Assembly: GCA_043720595.1 (NCBI GenBank) | Contig: JAYSSK010000206.1 | Span: 7,016 to 71,015 of the forward strand | Direction of reading: 5' to 3' | Source: Acidimicrobiia bacterium | Lineage (GTDB): Bacteria > Actinomycetota > Acidimicrobiia > Acidimicrobiales > JANYDT01 | DNA length: 64,000 nt | In this document: positions 38,157 to 48,344 of the stretch, one piece after another | Position numbering within the stretch: position 1 is the first letter of the stretch | How the letters are laid out: each line of letters opens with the position of its first letter | Position numbers and translations under genes: made by a program | Notes under the pieces: model-generated | Database searches by the model: none | What the model saw: the letters and a program-made list of their open reading frames with translations, nothing else | Told to the model about the DNA's origin: nothing

Positions 38157-39383
38157 ATGTCAGCCACGACTTCACCTTCGGATTTGGTAAATGATCCGAC
38201 CAATGATCCGACCAATGATTCGACAACCGATTCCGGCAACGATTCCGGCGCCCAGCCGGCGGGCGCGTCCACGCATGCGCCAGCTCTGCTCGGCGCTGAC
38301 ACTATTCGCCGGGTGCCAAAGGTCTTGCTCCACGACCATCTCGATGGTGGTCTCCGGCCGCGCACCATCATCGAACTGGCTGCCGAGTACGGATACCGCG
38401 GTTTGCCATCAACCGATCCCGACGAGTTGGCATCGCTCATCCGGCGAGGCGCCGACCGTAAAGACCTCACGCTCTACCTCGAAGGTTTCGCACACTCCTG
38501 CGGCGTTCTGCAGCACACGGATGCGCTCACTCGAGCCGCACACGAATGCGCCCTTGACCTAGCCGCCGACGGAGTCGTCTACGCCGAAGTTCGGTTCGCT
38601 CCAGAGCTTCACATTGAGGCCGGGCTCTCACTCGACGAGGTCGTCGAGGCAGTGCAAACGGGATTTCGTTCCGGTCAGTCTGCAGCGGCTGCAGCGGGCG
38701 CACCCATTGTCATCGGCACCCTCTGTTCCGCAATGCGCCAAGCTGCACAGTCGAACGAGATTGCCGCACTTGCTATTCGGCATCGAGACTCTGGTGTGGT
38801 CGGGTTCGACATCGCCGGCCCTGAAAAGGGCTTCCCCCCAAGTCGTCATCTCGACGCGTTCAACCTCGTGCACGAAGCCAACTTCCACACCACCATTCAC
38901 GCCGGAGAGGCGTTTGGGCTGCCGTCCATTCACGAGGCGTTGCAATACTGCGGCGCAGAACGCCTTGGCCACGGGGTGCGGATCGTCGACGACATCACGG
39001 TTCACCCAGACGGATCGTATGAACTCGGCCGTCTTGCGTCGTTCGTCCGTGATCGTCGTGTCCCGTTGGAGATGTGCCCGTCGTCCAACGTGCATACCGG
39101 TGCAGCGGCGTCCATAGCGGAACACCCAATTGCGCTGTTGAAGCGATTGCGGTTCAGGGTCACCATCAACACCGACAACCGCCTCATGTCCGGTGTGTCC
39201 ATGACCTCAGAGATGCAAGAACTAGTCGATACGTTCAGCTACGGCCTCGATGACCTGCAGTGGTTCACGGTCAACGCGATGAAGAGCGCTTTCTGGCCGT
39301 TCGAAGACCGGCTGCGCCTCATCGAGCAGGTGATCAAACCCTCATACGCGCGCTTACGAACAGAAATGCTGACCGGGGCCTGA
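38157..39383 (+). CDS. add: Adenosine deaminase
   Basis: [39 protein letters not shown] and NTDNRLMS. Confidence 0.95.
   Translation: MSATTSPSDLVNDPTNDPTNDSTTDSGNDSGAQPAGASTHAPALLGADTIRRVPKVLLHDHLDGGLRPRTIIELAAEYGYRGLPSTDPDELASLIRRGADRKDLTLYLEGFAHSCGVLQHTDALTRAAHECALDLAADGVVYAEVRFAPELHIEAGLSLDEVVEAVQTGFRSGQSAAAAAGAPIVIGTLCSAMRQAAQSNEIAALAIRHRDSGVVGFDIAGPEKGFPPSRHLDAFNLVHEANFHTTIHAGEAFGLPSIHEALQYCGAERLGHGVRIVDDITVHPDGSYELGRLASFVRDRRVPLEMCPSSNVHTGAAASIAEHPIALLKRLRFRVTINTDNRLMSGVSMTSEMQELVDTFSYGLDDLQWFTVNAMKSAFWPFEDRLRLIEQVIKPSYARLRTEMLTGA
38190..38249 (+). repeat. Degenerate 12-bp tandem repeat x5 ([16 protein letters not shown]) in the add N-terminal extension
   Basis: AATGATCCGACC x2, then diverging copies. 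Confidence 0.8.
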
Positions 39384-39391
39384 TCTAGAGA

Positions 39392-40018
39392 TCAGCGAGA
39401 CCCGCTCGTTGCGAGGCGCGCCGCGAGCGCTTCGAAACCCGGTCCACCAAGCTCGGTCAAGACAGACTTCCGGCCGGAAACGGTCATAATCAGCGCCTCA
39501 GCAAGCCCCTGGACCACGGGGCCGGAACCTTGCTCGAAATCCATGTCGATCGCACGGATTGTGATGCCACGACACCGCGTCGACTCTTCCCAGATGGTGC
39601 GGTCCAGCACGACCTGAAGTCGTTCCTCATCGACGTGGCGCGGCCTGAGAAGCGGCCGTCGGATGTCCTGATGATGGATGAACAAATCCGCAAGCACAGA
39701 CGCCGTGGTGGACCGGGGCGGCACGTGTCTGTCGCCGATCGTGCCCGCAAAGCTCCCGAGAAGCTCCGTGACCGGACGCGAGCCCCGTTCCTTTGCAACA
39801 CGGTCTGACAGTTTCGGCACGCTCCACCCAGCCTTCAGAAGGGGCATGAACACCGCCCCACGCGTCACGGTCGGCACCCAGTTCAGATGCGCGACGACCT
39901 CGCGCACCCGCCATCCGGTACAAAGCGAATCGGTGTCCCAATCGGCTTCTGATAGCCCAGCAAGGAACTGGGCAAGATCGCGCCGCTCGTCATCGACAAG
40001 GTCCCAAAGTTCGCTCAT
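39392..40018 (-). CDS. Maleylpyruvate isomerase family mycothiol-dependent enzyme (DinB-like)
   Basis: SLCTGWRVREVVAHL and DLFIHHQDIRRPL. Confidence 0.88.
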   Translation of the reverse strand: MSELWDLVDDERRDLAQFLAGLSEADWDTDSLCTGWRVREVVAHLNWVPTVTRGAVFMPLLKAGWSVPKLSDRVAKERGSRPVTELLGSFAGTIGDRHVPPRSTTASVLADLFIHHQDIRRPLLRPRHVDEERLQVVLDRTIWEESTRCRGITIRAIDMDFEQGSGPVVQGLAEALIMTVSGRKSVLTELGGPGFEALAARLATSGSR

Positions 40019-40028
40019 CGGAATCTGT

Positions 40029-41720
40029 TCACGCGCTCAGCACCTGCTCCATTGACGCACGGAGCCCTGCCAGCGAAGGTCCTGCGTCGGCTCCGAGCAC
40101 TTCGAAGTACACCTTGCACTTCGGTTCGGTTCCACTCGGGCGAACAACAACCCGACCACGGTCACCGACCTTGATGACAACGACATCAGCCGGAGGATTG
40201 CTGGTCGCCAAGTCACGCCACTCGGTCACCGCAACACCGTCGAGCAGCGCAGGCGGATTGGCTCGGAGACGCTCCATGAGTTGCGCCATCCTCGCCGGGG
40301 CATCTGCGCCATCAACGCGAATCGACCACTGCGCAGTACGCGATGCGCCGTAGCGCTCCGCAATTTGGTCGAGTCGTGCCACCATGGTCGAGCCATTTGT
40401 GAGCACTTTCGCAGCGAGGTCGGCCATCACCACCGCTGCGCCGATGCCATCTTTGTCCCGGACCAGTTCACCGACACAGAATCCGATGGCCTCTTCGTAC
40501 ATCAACACCGTGGTGAGCTCGGGATGCGCCATCGCGGCACGCGCCAGGTGCTTGAACCCAGTTAACGTTTCCGCGTACTGCACGCCATGTTTCGCCGCAA
40601 TAGCCGCCAAGAGCGAGGACGAGACAACTGTGGTGGCCACAAACCGGTTGGGTCCGAGCGCAACAGTCGCGTCGAGCAGGTGATCCGCAAGCAGCCAGCC
40701 GATCTGGTCGCCCGTGAGTTGCCGCCAGCCCGCCGGTGCACTCGAGTCGGGAATCGCCGCGGTCATCCGGTCAGCGTCGGGGTCGTTGGCAATGACAATG
40801 TGCGCGTCCAACTGGCGGGCCAGTTCCAACGCAAGATCGAGCGCTCCGGGTTCTTCCGGGTTAGGGAATGCCACGGTTGGAAAGTCCGGATCGGGCTGTT
40901 GCTGTTGAGGCACGCCGTGCACCTGACTAAAGCCGGCACCCGCAAATGCGTGTCCCATGGTGGTGGCGCCAACGCCGTGCATCGCCGTGTACACGACGCG
41001 CAACGACGACCGTTCGGCCGGCGTCGACGTTGCCGGGTCCAACGACTTGATACCGCCGAGATACGCCTTGCTCAGTTCGTCGCCCCAGGTAGCGATGCGC
41101 TCGTGTGGGTACGCAGCGACTGGAACAAGATCCTCGGCAGCAATTCGTATGTGTGCTTCTATTTCACGATCGGCCGGAGAAACAATTTGCGCGCCGTCTC
41201 CGAGATACACCTTGTAACCATTGTCCGCTGGCGGGTTGTGGCTGGCGGTGACTTGAATTCCACCCACCGATCCAAGATGCGTTGTGGCGAAAGCAACCAA
41301 CGGGGTAGGGACAAACGACGCAGACAGCGCCACACGGAATCCGGCTGCCACAAGCACGGCCGCAGCATCTTCAGCAAAGCGGCGGCTGCCGTGGCGTGCA
41401 TCATGGCCGACAACGACTAAACCGCCACCCTGACCCTGCTCCACCAACCACGCGGCAAACCCGGCAGTCGCCTGGCGGACAACCAGGCGATTCATCCGAG
41501 CAGGACCAGGACCGATAGCAGCCCGCAAGCCAGCGGTTCCGAACGCGAGCGGCGCGCCGAACAACTCGGCGAGATGGTCGAGGTCTCCGCTATCAACCAG
41601 TTCCTCGAGAACCGACCTCGTGTCGGGATCAGGATCCTGCGCAATCCACCTGTGAACCGCACCAAGCAGATCGGCGTCAGGCCCTTCGGTGGGGTCTGTG
41701 GAGAGAGGCACTTCGGTCAC
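40029..41720 (-). CDS. Phospho-sugar mutase (PGM/PMM family; likely phosphopentomutase role)
   Basis: FGTAGLR, TASHNP, DPDADR and RPSGTEPK. Adjacent to deoC. Confidence 0.93.
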   Translation of the reverse strand: MTEVPLSTDPTEGPDADLLGAVHRWIAQDPDPDTRSVLEELVDSGDLDHLAELFGAPLAFGTAGLRAAIGPGPARMNRLVVRQATAGFAAWLVEQGQGGGLVVVGHDARHGSRRFAEDAAAVLVAAGFRVALSASFVPTPLVAFATTHLGSVGGIQVTASHNPPADNGYKVYLGDGAQIVSPADREIEAHIRIAAEDLVPVAAYPHERIATWGDELSKAYLGGIKSLDPATSTPAERSSLRVVYTAMHGVGATTMGHAFAGAGFSQVHGVPQQQQPDPDFPTVAFPNPEEPGALDLALELARQLDAHIVIANDPDADRMTAAIPDSSAPAGWRQLTGDQIGWLLADHLLDATVALGPNRFVATTVVSSSLLAAIAAKHGVQYAETLTGFKHLARAAMAHPELTTVLMYEEAIGFCVGELVRDKDGIGAAVVMADLAAKVLTNGSTMVARLDQIAERYGASRTAQWSIRVDGADAPARMAQLMERLRANPPALLDGVAVTEWRDLATSNPPADVVVIKVGDRGRVVVRPSGTEPKCKVYFEVLGADAGPSLAGLRASMEQVLSA

Positions 41721-41744
41721 GTAACGTTTTACCAGCGCAGCGGT

Positions 41745-42401
41745 TCAGCCGAGCGCTTCGAGGATTGAAACTGTGGCCGATGTTCCGATGCGGGTTGCAC
41801 CGGCATCGATCATGGCGAGCGCACTTGACAGGTCTCGCACGCCGCCGCTTGCCTTCACTCCAAGTCGACCCCCGACGCACGCGGCCATACGCCGAACAGC
41901 TTCGATTGACGCACCTCCCGCAGCATGAAAGCCAGTAGAGGTCTTCACATATTCGGCGCCAGCCATTTCTGCTGCCTCGCAACTCGCGTCGATCTCATCG
42001 CCCGTGAGCACAGCGGTCTCCAAGATCACCTTCAACATCGCCCGCGGTACCGCAAGGCGAACCTGAGCAATGTCATCTTCGACGAGCTCCCACTCGCCAG
42101 CCTTCACCATGCCGAGATTGATGACCATGTCAATCTCGTTGGCTCCGGCCGCATACGCGAGTGCCGCTTCGAACGCCTTGACCTGCGTGGCAACAGCACC
42201 GCTCGGGAACCCAATCGTGGTGCACACAGCGATTGAATCAGACAACAGGTCGTCGGCCAGCGGCAGCTGCCACGGCATCACGCAGATTGCGGCAACGCCG
42301 TAGAGGTTTGCTTCGCGGCAGAGGTGTTCGACCTGCTCGGGCGTCGCCTCTGGCTTCAGCAGCGTGTGGTCGATGTATTGGGCGAGTTCGTCGCGGTTCA
42401 C
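41745..42401 (-). CDS. deoC: Deoxyribose-phosphate aldolase
   Basis: [29 protein letters not shown] and RIGTS. Confidence 0.96.
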   Translation of the reverse strand: MNRDELAQYIDHTLLKPEATPEQVEHLCREANLYGVAAICVMPWQLPLADDLLSDSIAVCTTIGFPSGAVATQVKAFEAALAYAAGANEIDMVINLGMVKAGEWELVEDDIAQVRLAVPRAMLKVILETAVLTGDEIDASCEAAEMAGAEYVKTSTGFHAAGGASIEAVRRMAACVGGRLGVKASGGVRDLSSALAMIDAGATRIGTSATVSILEALG

Positions 42402-42458
42402 GTGCTCATCGTCTCACGGACGGTCACGCCGCGAAACGGCCAGCGAAACTAGATTGTT

Positions 42459-43661
42459 TCAACTGTTGTGCGTGAACTCGGCGTAACAACCCGCCGGACC
42501 AGGCAATACGGTCGACGTCGTGGCAATGGCACACACAGCCGGGCGACCTGGGACCTGCACGATCGTGTCGGTCGTGATTCCCGAGTTGTCAGTCATCGAC
42601 CGGGTTGGGGTCGTGTCGTATTGACCGGTGACCGTGCAGCTGGCTCCGGCGGGAACGTTGTTGAGAACGTAGTTCTGCCCGTCTGCCAGCGGCACCAACA
42701 CTCCTCCCAGTGCCGGACCGGCGCTGCATTGAACTGCCAGGTTTGCTGTCGAGCTGACCGTGAAACTGAGGCTGGCACTGTTCGTCACGGCTATCACCCG
42801 ACGAATCGGATTCCCTGCGGTGCCCGCACTCCGTGCAATCACCAGGCTGCCGAACGGAATGGTGATGGACCCGAGTCCAGATGCAGGCAGTGTGAACGGC
42901 GTCGTCGGTGTTACTTCTGCGCAGGTTCCCGGGACAACCCACGACATCACCCGAGCCGAAGCATCCGCGTTGGAAAACGACACCCGCACCGTCGCTGCCA
43001 CCGTTCCGACGGGCAATGCCGACGCGCACGGCACCGCCTGGCTCACTCGCCGCGCAACAATCAGATCACCAACAGCAGCCGGTGGCAGGGTCGGCGCAGA
43101 CGTGCTGGTGCTCGTTGTACTGGTGGCCGGTGCGGCCGTCGTTGCTGTTGGCGCAGTCGTTGGGCTGCTCACACTCGTGCTGGGAGCAACCGCTGGAACC
43201 GTCGTAGCGGCCGTCGCGACAACCGTGGTGGTGGGCACCCCAATGGTCACTTTGACCTTCAACCGGACTTTCACCGCGGCACGACCATCAGACCCAGTCA
43301 CCGTCAACGTCGTCGAACCGAGCGTCGCCGTGCCATCAGCGGTAGCCACGAGATCCGTGTCATCACCCTCCAACGGGTTTTCGTCGAACACCATCTTTAG
43401 ACCCTTGCGGGTCGACGACGACAGCTTGATCGGACCCTCAAAGGATCCGAGCCGTGTGACCAACACCGTTACGGACGACGAACCATTCCGACCGACCGTC
43501 AGAGACGAGCTGTCCAACGACATTCTAAAGCGCGCCTTACGAACTACGGCTGAAGCCGGATCAATAGACCCGACCACGAATGCAACAACTGCCAAGAAAC
43601 CACCAACAACCCGAAAAGACCATGTACGACCAACATCGAATCGATCAAAAGATACCGTCAT
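42459..43661 (-). CDS. Secreted protein with Ig-like beta domains and a Thr/Ala/Pro-rich linker
   Basis: Signal peptide ending PASA, a TTVPAVAPSTSVSSPTTAPT linker and paired Cys. Confidence 0.7.
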   Translation of the reverse strand: MTVSFDRFDVGRTWSFRVVGGFLAVVAFVVGSIDPASAVVRKARFRMSLDSSSLTVGRNGSSSVTVLVTRLGSFEGPIKLSSSTRKGLKMVFDENPLEGDDTDLVATADGTATLGSTTLTVTGSDGRAAVKVRLKVKVTIGVPTTTVVATAATTVPAVAPSTSVSSPTTAPTATTAAPATSTTSTSTSAPTLPPAAVGDLIVARRVSQAVPCASALPVGTVAATVRVSFSNADASARVMSWVVPGTCAEVTPTTPFTLPASGLGSITIPFGSLVIARSAGTAGNPIRRVIAVTNSASLSFTVSSTANLAVQCSAGPALGGVLVPLADGQNYVLNNVPAGASCTVTGQYDTTPTRSMTDNSGITTDTIVQVPGRPAVCAIATTSTVLPGPAGCYAEFTHNS

Positions 43662-43766
43662 ATGGCAAATGTACCCTCATACGTGTGACACCACAATGAC
43701 TGCCCACCCGAGCCAAGGGTACCCCCGCCCTGCCTGCGCGGGACTGGGAGCCAGCCGACAACCGGA

Positions 43767-43802
43767 CAAACAAAACGGTGCGGGCCGAAGCACGCACCGT
43801 TT
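43767..43802 (-). terminator. Intrinsic terminator downstream of tRNA-Ala
   Basis: Minus strand AAACGGTGCG...CGCACCGTTTTGTTTG. Confidence 0.7.
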
Positions 43803-43827
43803 GGAGTGATTTGACTTTGACCTGACC

Positions 43828-43903
43828 TGGTGGAGACGAACGGAATCGAACCGTCAACCCCCTGCTTGCAAAGCAGGTGCTCTGCCAATTGAGCTACGTC
43901 CCC
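43828..43903 (-). tRNA. tRNA-Ala(TGC), CCA encoded
   Basis: GGGGACGTAGCTCAATTGGCAGAGCACCTGCTTTGCAAGCAGGGGGTTGACGGTTCGATTCCGTTCGTCTCCACCA forms a cloverleaf. Confidence 0.97.
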
Positions 43904-44107
43904 GGAAGGAGCCAACAGACTAGCGGCTCTGCGAGCGGTGCCGTGCACGGATTTGTCTGCGTTGGTCCACGGTCCCGGAAGCAACGCTCGGCACGACCGT
44001 TGCAGAGCTTCGGCCTATTCGACCTAAGTCGTATCGACGTCAAGACCAGGAGCCTTGTTCCATGGACTCACCGGCGGAATCCACCGCTCGCAAACCAAGG
44101 AGCTCCC

Positions 44108-44389
44108 ATGAAGCAAACTCGTTCGATTCGCACCCGGCTTGCTATCGCTGCCGCCGTCGTCGTCGTGAGTTCGAGCATTGCCGCGCCTGCGTTCGCCAAG
44201 CGCGGCCGCGGCAGCGATGACGACCACAGTTCGTCCTCGTCAAGCGTGTCGACCCCGGCCTCAACCCCGGCCTCAACCCCCGCCTCAACCCCGAAGGTGA
44301 GCACCAGCCGACCCCGCAGCTCCGTTCCAACAACCCGCGACGACCGCCGCGGTGATCGAGGACGTCGGCAGGGCCGAGGACGCCGCTGA
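44108..44389 (+). CDS. Small secreted low-complexity protein
   Basis: AAGGAG SD, signal peptide ending PAFA, then SDDD, STPA repeats and an Arg/Gly/Asp-rich tail. Confidence 0.7.
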   Translation: MKQTRSIRTRLAIAAAVVVVSSSIAAPAFAKRGRGSDDDHSSSSSSVSTPASTPASTPASTPKVSTSRPRSSVPTTRDDRRGDRGRRQGRGRR

Positions 44390-44454
44390 GATCGCGCGCC
44401 ACCAACTTCCTGCTAACCAACTTCCTGCCAACTCCAAACGAATATCCTGACCAC

Positions 44455-45756
44455 GTGTCCCGTCGACGAAGTGCCCTCTCCACCGAGGTGCTGCGCTTCG
44501 CATTGGCGGGCCTCGTCGCGTTCGCGTTGCTGGGATTGATCTTGCTGCTGCTCCTCTCGAAGATTGCGACGAGCGAAGCGCTCCGATCCGCTCGGGAGGG
44601 GGCGCGTCTCGCCGGGTACGGGATTATCGAGCCAGCCGTTTCTGCAGGCCTACTCGGCTCACCAGAAACGGCCGCGCCGGAAATTGCCCTGCTCGACGAG
44701 TTGGTAACCACTCGCGTCCTTTCCGAACGCGTCGTGCGAGTGAAGATCTGGACGCTCGACGGGCGAATCGTCTACTCCGACGAACCAAGACTGGTCGGTA
44801 TGACCTACACCCCGAAGGCAGACCATGCCGAAGCGGTCGAGACCGGTGAAATCGGCGCAGAAATTGCGAGTACGAAAGGCCCCGAAAACGAGTTCGAACG
44901 GGAGTCCGGTCAACTGCTCGAGGTGTACATGCCGATGCGAGCCCCTGACGGCACGCCACTGGTCTACGAGCAGTACGAGACATACGACTCGATCGTTGGC
45001 GACAGCCGCCAGTTGATGTGGCGTCTCGCGCTCCCTCTTCTCGGCTGCGTGGCGCTGCTCTGGTTGGTGCAGTTGCCGCTGGCTCGTCGGTTGGCGAACC
45101 GAGTTCGCGCTGCCCAAGCGCAGCACGCGTCACTCGCCGAAGCTGCAGTGACAGCGTCTTCACGCGAACGCGAACGCATTGCCGTCGAGTTACACGACGG
45201 CGTGGTACAAGATCTGGCCGGCCTCACCTACGAGCTGGCCGCCCTCGGATCGCGGACCAGCGATCCAACCGCGCGCGCTGCGCTAGTTCGCAGCGCCGAC
45301 ATCGCCCGCACCGCAATGCGACAAGTCCGTACGTCGCTGGTGGACCTTCACCCAGCAACAATCGGGGCGCTCGGACTCGAAGCTGCTATCGAACAGTTGG
45401 CTGAACCACTCAGACGTGGCGGCATCGACGTGGGTGTCCACGTAGACAACGACACGTTCCCGGTCGCAACACAGGCATTGCTGTACCGCGTAGCTCGAGA
45501 ACTGCTTCGAAACGTCGAAGAGCATGCAGAGGCGTCCCGAGCCGACGTCACCCTCATGACCGATCGGTCTGGAGTCACCCTCGTTGTGTCGGACAACGGC
45601 AAAGGCATCGACGAGGCAACACTCAAGCGGCGGCGCGCAGAGGGTCACGTTGGATTGGACTTACACCGGGCCGTTGTTGCGCAGCAGGGTGGAACTTTGG
45701 AAATCGACTCGACTGCCGGATCCGGTACCACGGTCAGTGTGAGCGTGTTCTTGTGA
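44455..45756 (+). CDS. Membrane sensor histidine kinase (HisKA_3/NarX-type)
   Basis: Two TM segments, ERERIAVELHDGVVQDL, ELLRNVEEHA, VSDNGKGI and GSGTTV. Confidence 0.94.
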   Translation: MSRRRSALSTEVLRFALAGLVAFALLGLILLLLLSKIATSEALRSAREGARLAGYGIIEPAVSAGLLGSPETAAPEIALLDELVTTRVLSERVVRVKIWTLDGRIVYSDEPRLVGMTYTPKADHAEAVETGEIGAEIASTKGPENEFERESGQLLEVYMPMRAPDGTPLVYEQYETYDSIVGDSRQLMWRLALPLLGCVALLWLVQLPLARRLANRVRAAQAQHASLAEAAVTASSRERERIAVELHDGVVQDLAGLTYELAALGSRTSDPTARAALVRSADIARTAMRQVRTSLVDLHPATIGALGLEAAIEQLAEPLRRGGIDVGVHVDNDTFPVATQALLYRVARELLRNVEEHAEASRADVTLMTDRSGVTLVVSDNGKGIDEATLKRRRAEGHVGLDLHRAVVAQQGGTLEIDSTAGSGTTVSVSVFL

Positions 45757-46406
45757 GTCCCGAACTGTCCTCGGATCGAATCCCCATCAACGTGATGCTG
45801 TGTGACGACCACGTCGTCGTCCTGGCCGGCCTTCAGCAACTCGTCTCGGGCTTCGATGGCATCTCGGTGACCGCGACGGCACGCAACGGATTTGAAGTAC
45901 TCGATGCAATCGGACGAACGCTCCCCGACGTGATCCTCATGGATCTCCAGATGCCAGAACTTGACGGGGTCGCAGCTACTCGGCGAATTCGTGCCGAGCA
46001 TCCAACCGTGCAGGTTGTTATCCTGACGTCATTCTCAGACAGGGGACGGATCGAGGCAGCACTCGATGCGGGCGCAGTTGGATACCTCCTGAAAGACGCA
46101 ACACCCGAGGAGCTGGAATCCGCCATCAGGGCTGCTGCACGCGGCGAGTCTCCCTTGGCCCCGAAAGTTGCCAAGGTCCTCGTCACCAAGGACGAGTCAG
46201 CTATCAAGCTGTCTGCTCGGGAACTTGAAGTCATCGGGTTCGTGGCGGCCGGGCTCACCAACAAGATCATCGCGCGAAAACTTGGCATCGCTGAGGCAAC
46301 CGTCAAAGCCCACCTCACCTCCATTTTCCGAGCGATCGGTGTCGACAACCGCACCCAAGCAGCAAGGTGGCTTGGGACTCACCGCGGCGATGGTCAACGG
46401 TCATGA
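45753..46406 (+). CDS. NarL/LuxR family response regulator
   Basis: DDH, MDLQMP, GYLLKD and LSARELEV...TVKAHLTSIF. GTGA overlap. Confidence 0.95.
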   Translation: MSPELSSDRIPINVMLCDDHVVVLAGLQQLVSGFDGISVTATARNGFEVLDAIGRTLPDVILMDLQMPELDGVAATRRIRAEHPTVQVVILTSFSDRGRIEAALDAGAVGYLLKDATPEELESAIRAAARGESPLAPKVAKVLVTKDESAIKLSARELEVIGFVAAGLTNKIIARKLGIAEATVKAHLTSIFRAIGVDNRTQAARWLGTHRGDGQRS

Positions 46407-47095
46407 CACTCCACGCTCGTCAGGTCAAACGCGCAACTGGCACCAACACGTGCGGCCGCGGTGCGCGCTCGCTGTTTTCCCTGTTGGGTCTAGTCCTGAC
46501 TTTGCTGTTGGTGTTGCTCGTCGTTATCGGGCCGGCCAAAGCCAGCGACAGTGGTTCAGGAAAGGGATCGGGCTCCGGGTCCGGATCAGGCTCCAGCGGC
46601 TCCAGCGGCTCCAGCGGCTCCGGCGGCTCCGGCGGCTCCGGACGCGACGATGACCGCGATGGAAGTTCTGTTCCCTCGGTTCCAAACCAGTCGGTTCCAA
46701 ACCAGTCGGTCCCTGCCACCGCACCGCCACCTCCGAACGGAACTGCATCGACCCGCCTGTCAGGATCCGGATCCGTGCCGACCACCGCCGCGACCCGGCC
46801 ATCTTCCCCCGCCGCCAACATCGAACGCAAGGTGCCCTGCGGGCGCGTCACTATCGAACTTCGCGTCCGTTCAGATGGTCAGACCATCGAGCTTCGAACC
46901 AGGCTGAAACCAGAGAAGAAGGGGGTTTGGAATGCGACCGTCATCCGGGATCGCTCCGTCGTGTGGAGAGGTCGAGTTGATCGAGGTCGAGTTGAGCGAC
47001 GATTCAGTGATTTACCCGGCGCCGAGCAAGTCGTTGTTCGATTGAGCAGCGGCTCGGGAGCGACGTGCACCGCTTCGGTAACACTCCCGGGCTAA
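46403..47095 (+). CDS. Secreted protein: Gly/Ser linker plus a small C-terminal beta-rich domain with two Cys
   Basis: ATGA overlap with the RR, hydrophobic signal ending PAKA, (SSG)n linker, C...ELRVRSDGQTIEL...W...TCTASVTLP. Confidence 0.75.
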   Translation: MTLHARQVKRATGTNTCGRGARSLFSLLGLVLTLLLVLLVVIGPAKASDSGSGKGSGSGSGSGSSGSSGSSGSGGSGGSGRDDDRDGSSVPSVPNQSVPNQSVPATAPPPPNGTASTRLSGSGSVPTTAATRPSSPAANIERKVPCGRVTIELRVRSDGQTIELRTRLKPEKKGVWNATVIRDRSVVWRGRVDRGRVERRFSDLPGAEQVVVRLSSGSGATCTASVTLPG

Positions 47096-47127
47096 GGGCC
47101 ATTTCTAAAAACAGACCGGGTCGACGG

Positions 47128-48159
47128 CTATCGTTCGGTCGTTCCCTCGAACCGTGCGCACCGCACGCCTCGTGCGGCGAGATCTCGCAGGAACGGCGCC
47201 GGGTCGACAAACTCGCCGACGCTGTAACAACCGCCGCCACTGAGCGCAGCCCGACGCGGTGATCCAGTCAGCACCGCGCCAACTGTGACGGCCGCAACCG
47301 CTCCGGCAGCCACCGAGGGTCGGTCCATGCACGCCAGCACAACCGACGTCACTTCGCCCTGGATTCGGCCACGGACCTCCACGCGCACCGCTCCGGCGCC
47401 AGCTTCAGCGTGCGGCTTGCGCATCATGGGTAACCGGGAAGTCAGCCGGTCTCGTCGAGTAGCCGCCACACGACCGCTCAGGCGGTCGGCTTCAGGAAAC
47501 AGCCGGTGCATCAACAACGCGTCCGGCAACGCTCCCCGGTAGCAGTCTGCTCCGCCGATTGGATCTGGGAACCAAACCAATTCGCGGCCACTTCCCCCGG
47601 GTCGGTGGAGCCATGTTCCGTCTCGGAAGTCGTTCGATTCATCTGACAGGGCGCTGTGGTGCTGGCGAGCGCAGGCTGGGCCTGCGGTTCCGAATTTGGA
47701 GACGTGAACTTCGTGAACCACCTCAAACCAGCCAGCGGCGTGAGCAGCAAGAACATCGGTAAGGCCCGGAGCAAATCCGGCCCCGAGGATCAGCTCGACG
47801 CCCGCCATTCGAGCGATGGTGTCGAGACCCAACAGTTGTTCCACGTCAGCAACGGAGTCAGACGTCGAGACCACCGCAACACCCTCAGAAATACAAGCCG
47901 CAGTCAGTTCAAACTGATCCGGTGGTGTTGCGATGAGTACAGCGCCAATAGACGTCAAATGCTCACGCACATCGCCGGCACCCGTGTGCGCTCGTCGGCC
48001 AAGCATGCCGGCCACCTGGGCGGCCGTTTCTGGGTTCTCGTCGAACAGCAACAGGTGTGAGACGCCGCCCACGGAAAGGAGTTGACGCGCGGCGCGGGCG
48101 CCCACTGTGCCGCAGCCAACAATGGCGACTGGTCGGCCACCGGGAACCGCCAAACTCAC
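47128..48159 (-). CDS. NAD(P)-binding Rossmann oxidoreductase (saccharopine-dehydrogenase-like); start uncertain
   Basis: AIVGCGTVG, LGAGFAPGLT and ELVWFPDPIG. Confidence 0.7.
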   Translation of the reverse strand: MSLAVPGGRPVAIVGCGTVGARAARQLLSVGGVSHLLLFDENPETAAQVAGMLGRRAHTGAGDVREHLTSIGAVLIATPPDQFELTAACISEGVAVVSTSDSVADVEQLLGLDTIARMAGVELILGAGFAPGLTDVLAAHAAGWFEVVHEVHVSKFGTAGPACARQHHSALSDESNDFRDGTWLHRPGGSGRELVWFPDPIGGADCYRGALPDALLMHRLFPEADRLSGRVAATRRDRLTSRLPMMRKPHAEAGAGAVRVEVRGRIQGEVTSVVLACMDRPSVAAGAVAAVTVGAVLTGSPRRAALSGGGCYSVGEFVDPAPFLRDLAARGVRCARFEGTTER

Positions 48160-48344
48160 GATTTCGGTGGTTTCAGTGGTATCGGATATTTCACGTTCTG
48201 ACGTGTCACCGGAGGTCGGGGCCAGAGAGTTCTCGCCAGCCGCCGCTCTTGGGGGGCACACCACCAGAACCTCGGAGACGGAGCACAAATGCCACCAACC
48301 CGGCAAGGACAATTGCAGTTACCGCACGACGGAGTGCATTCACG

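Noticed and set aside
43904..48344. tRNA-targeted integrative element or prophage
   Set aside because: No integrase, no phage genes and no duplicated tRNA 3' end seen by eye.
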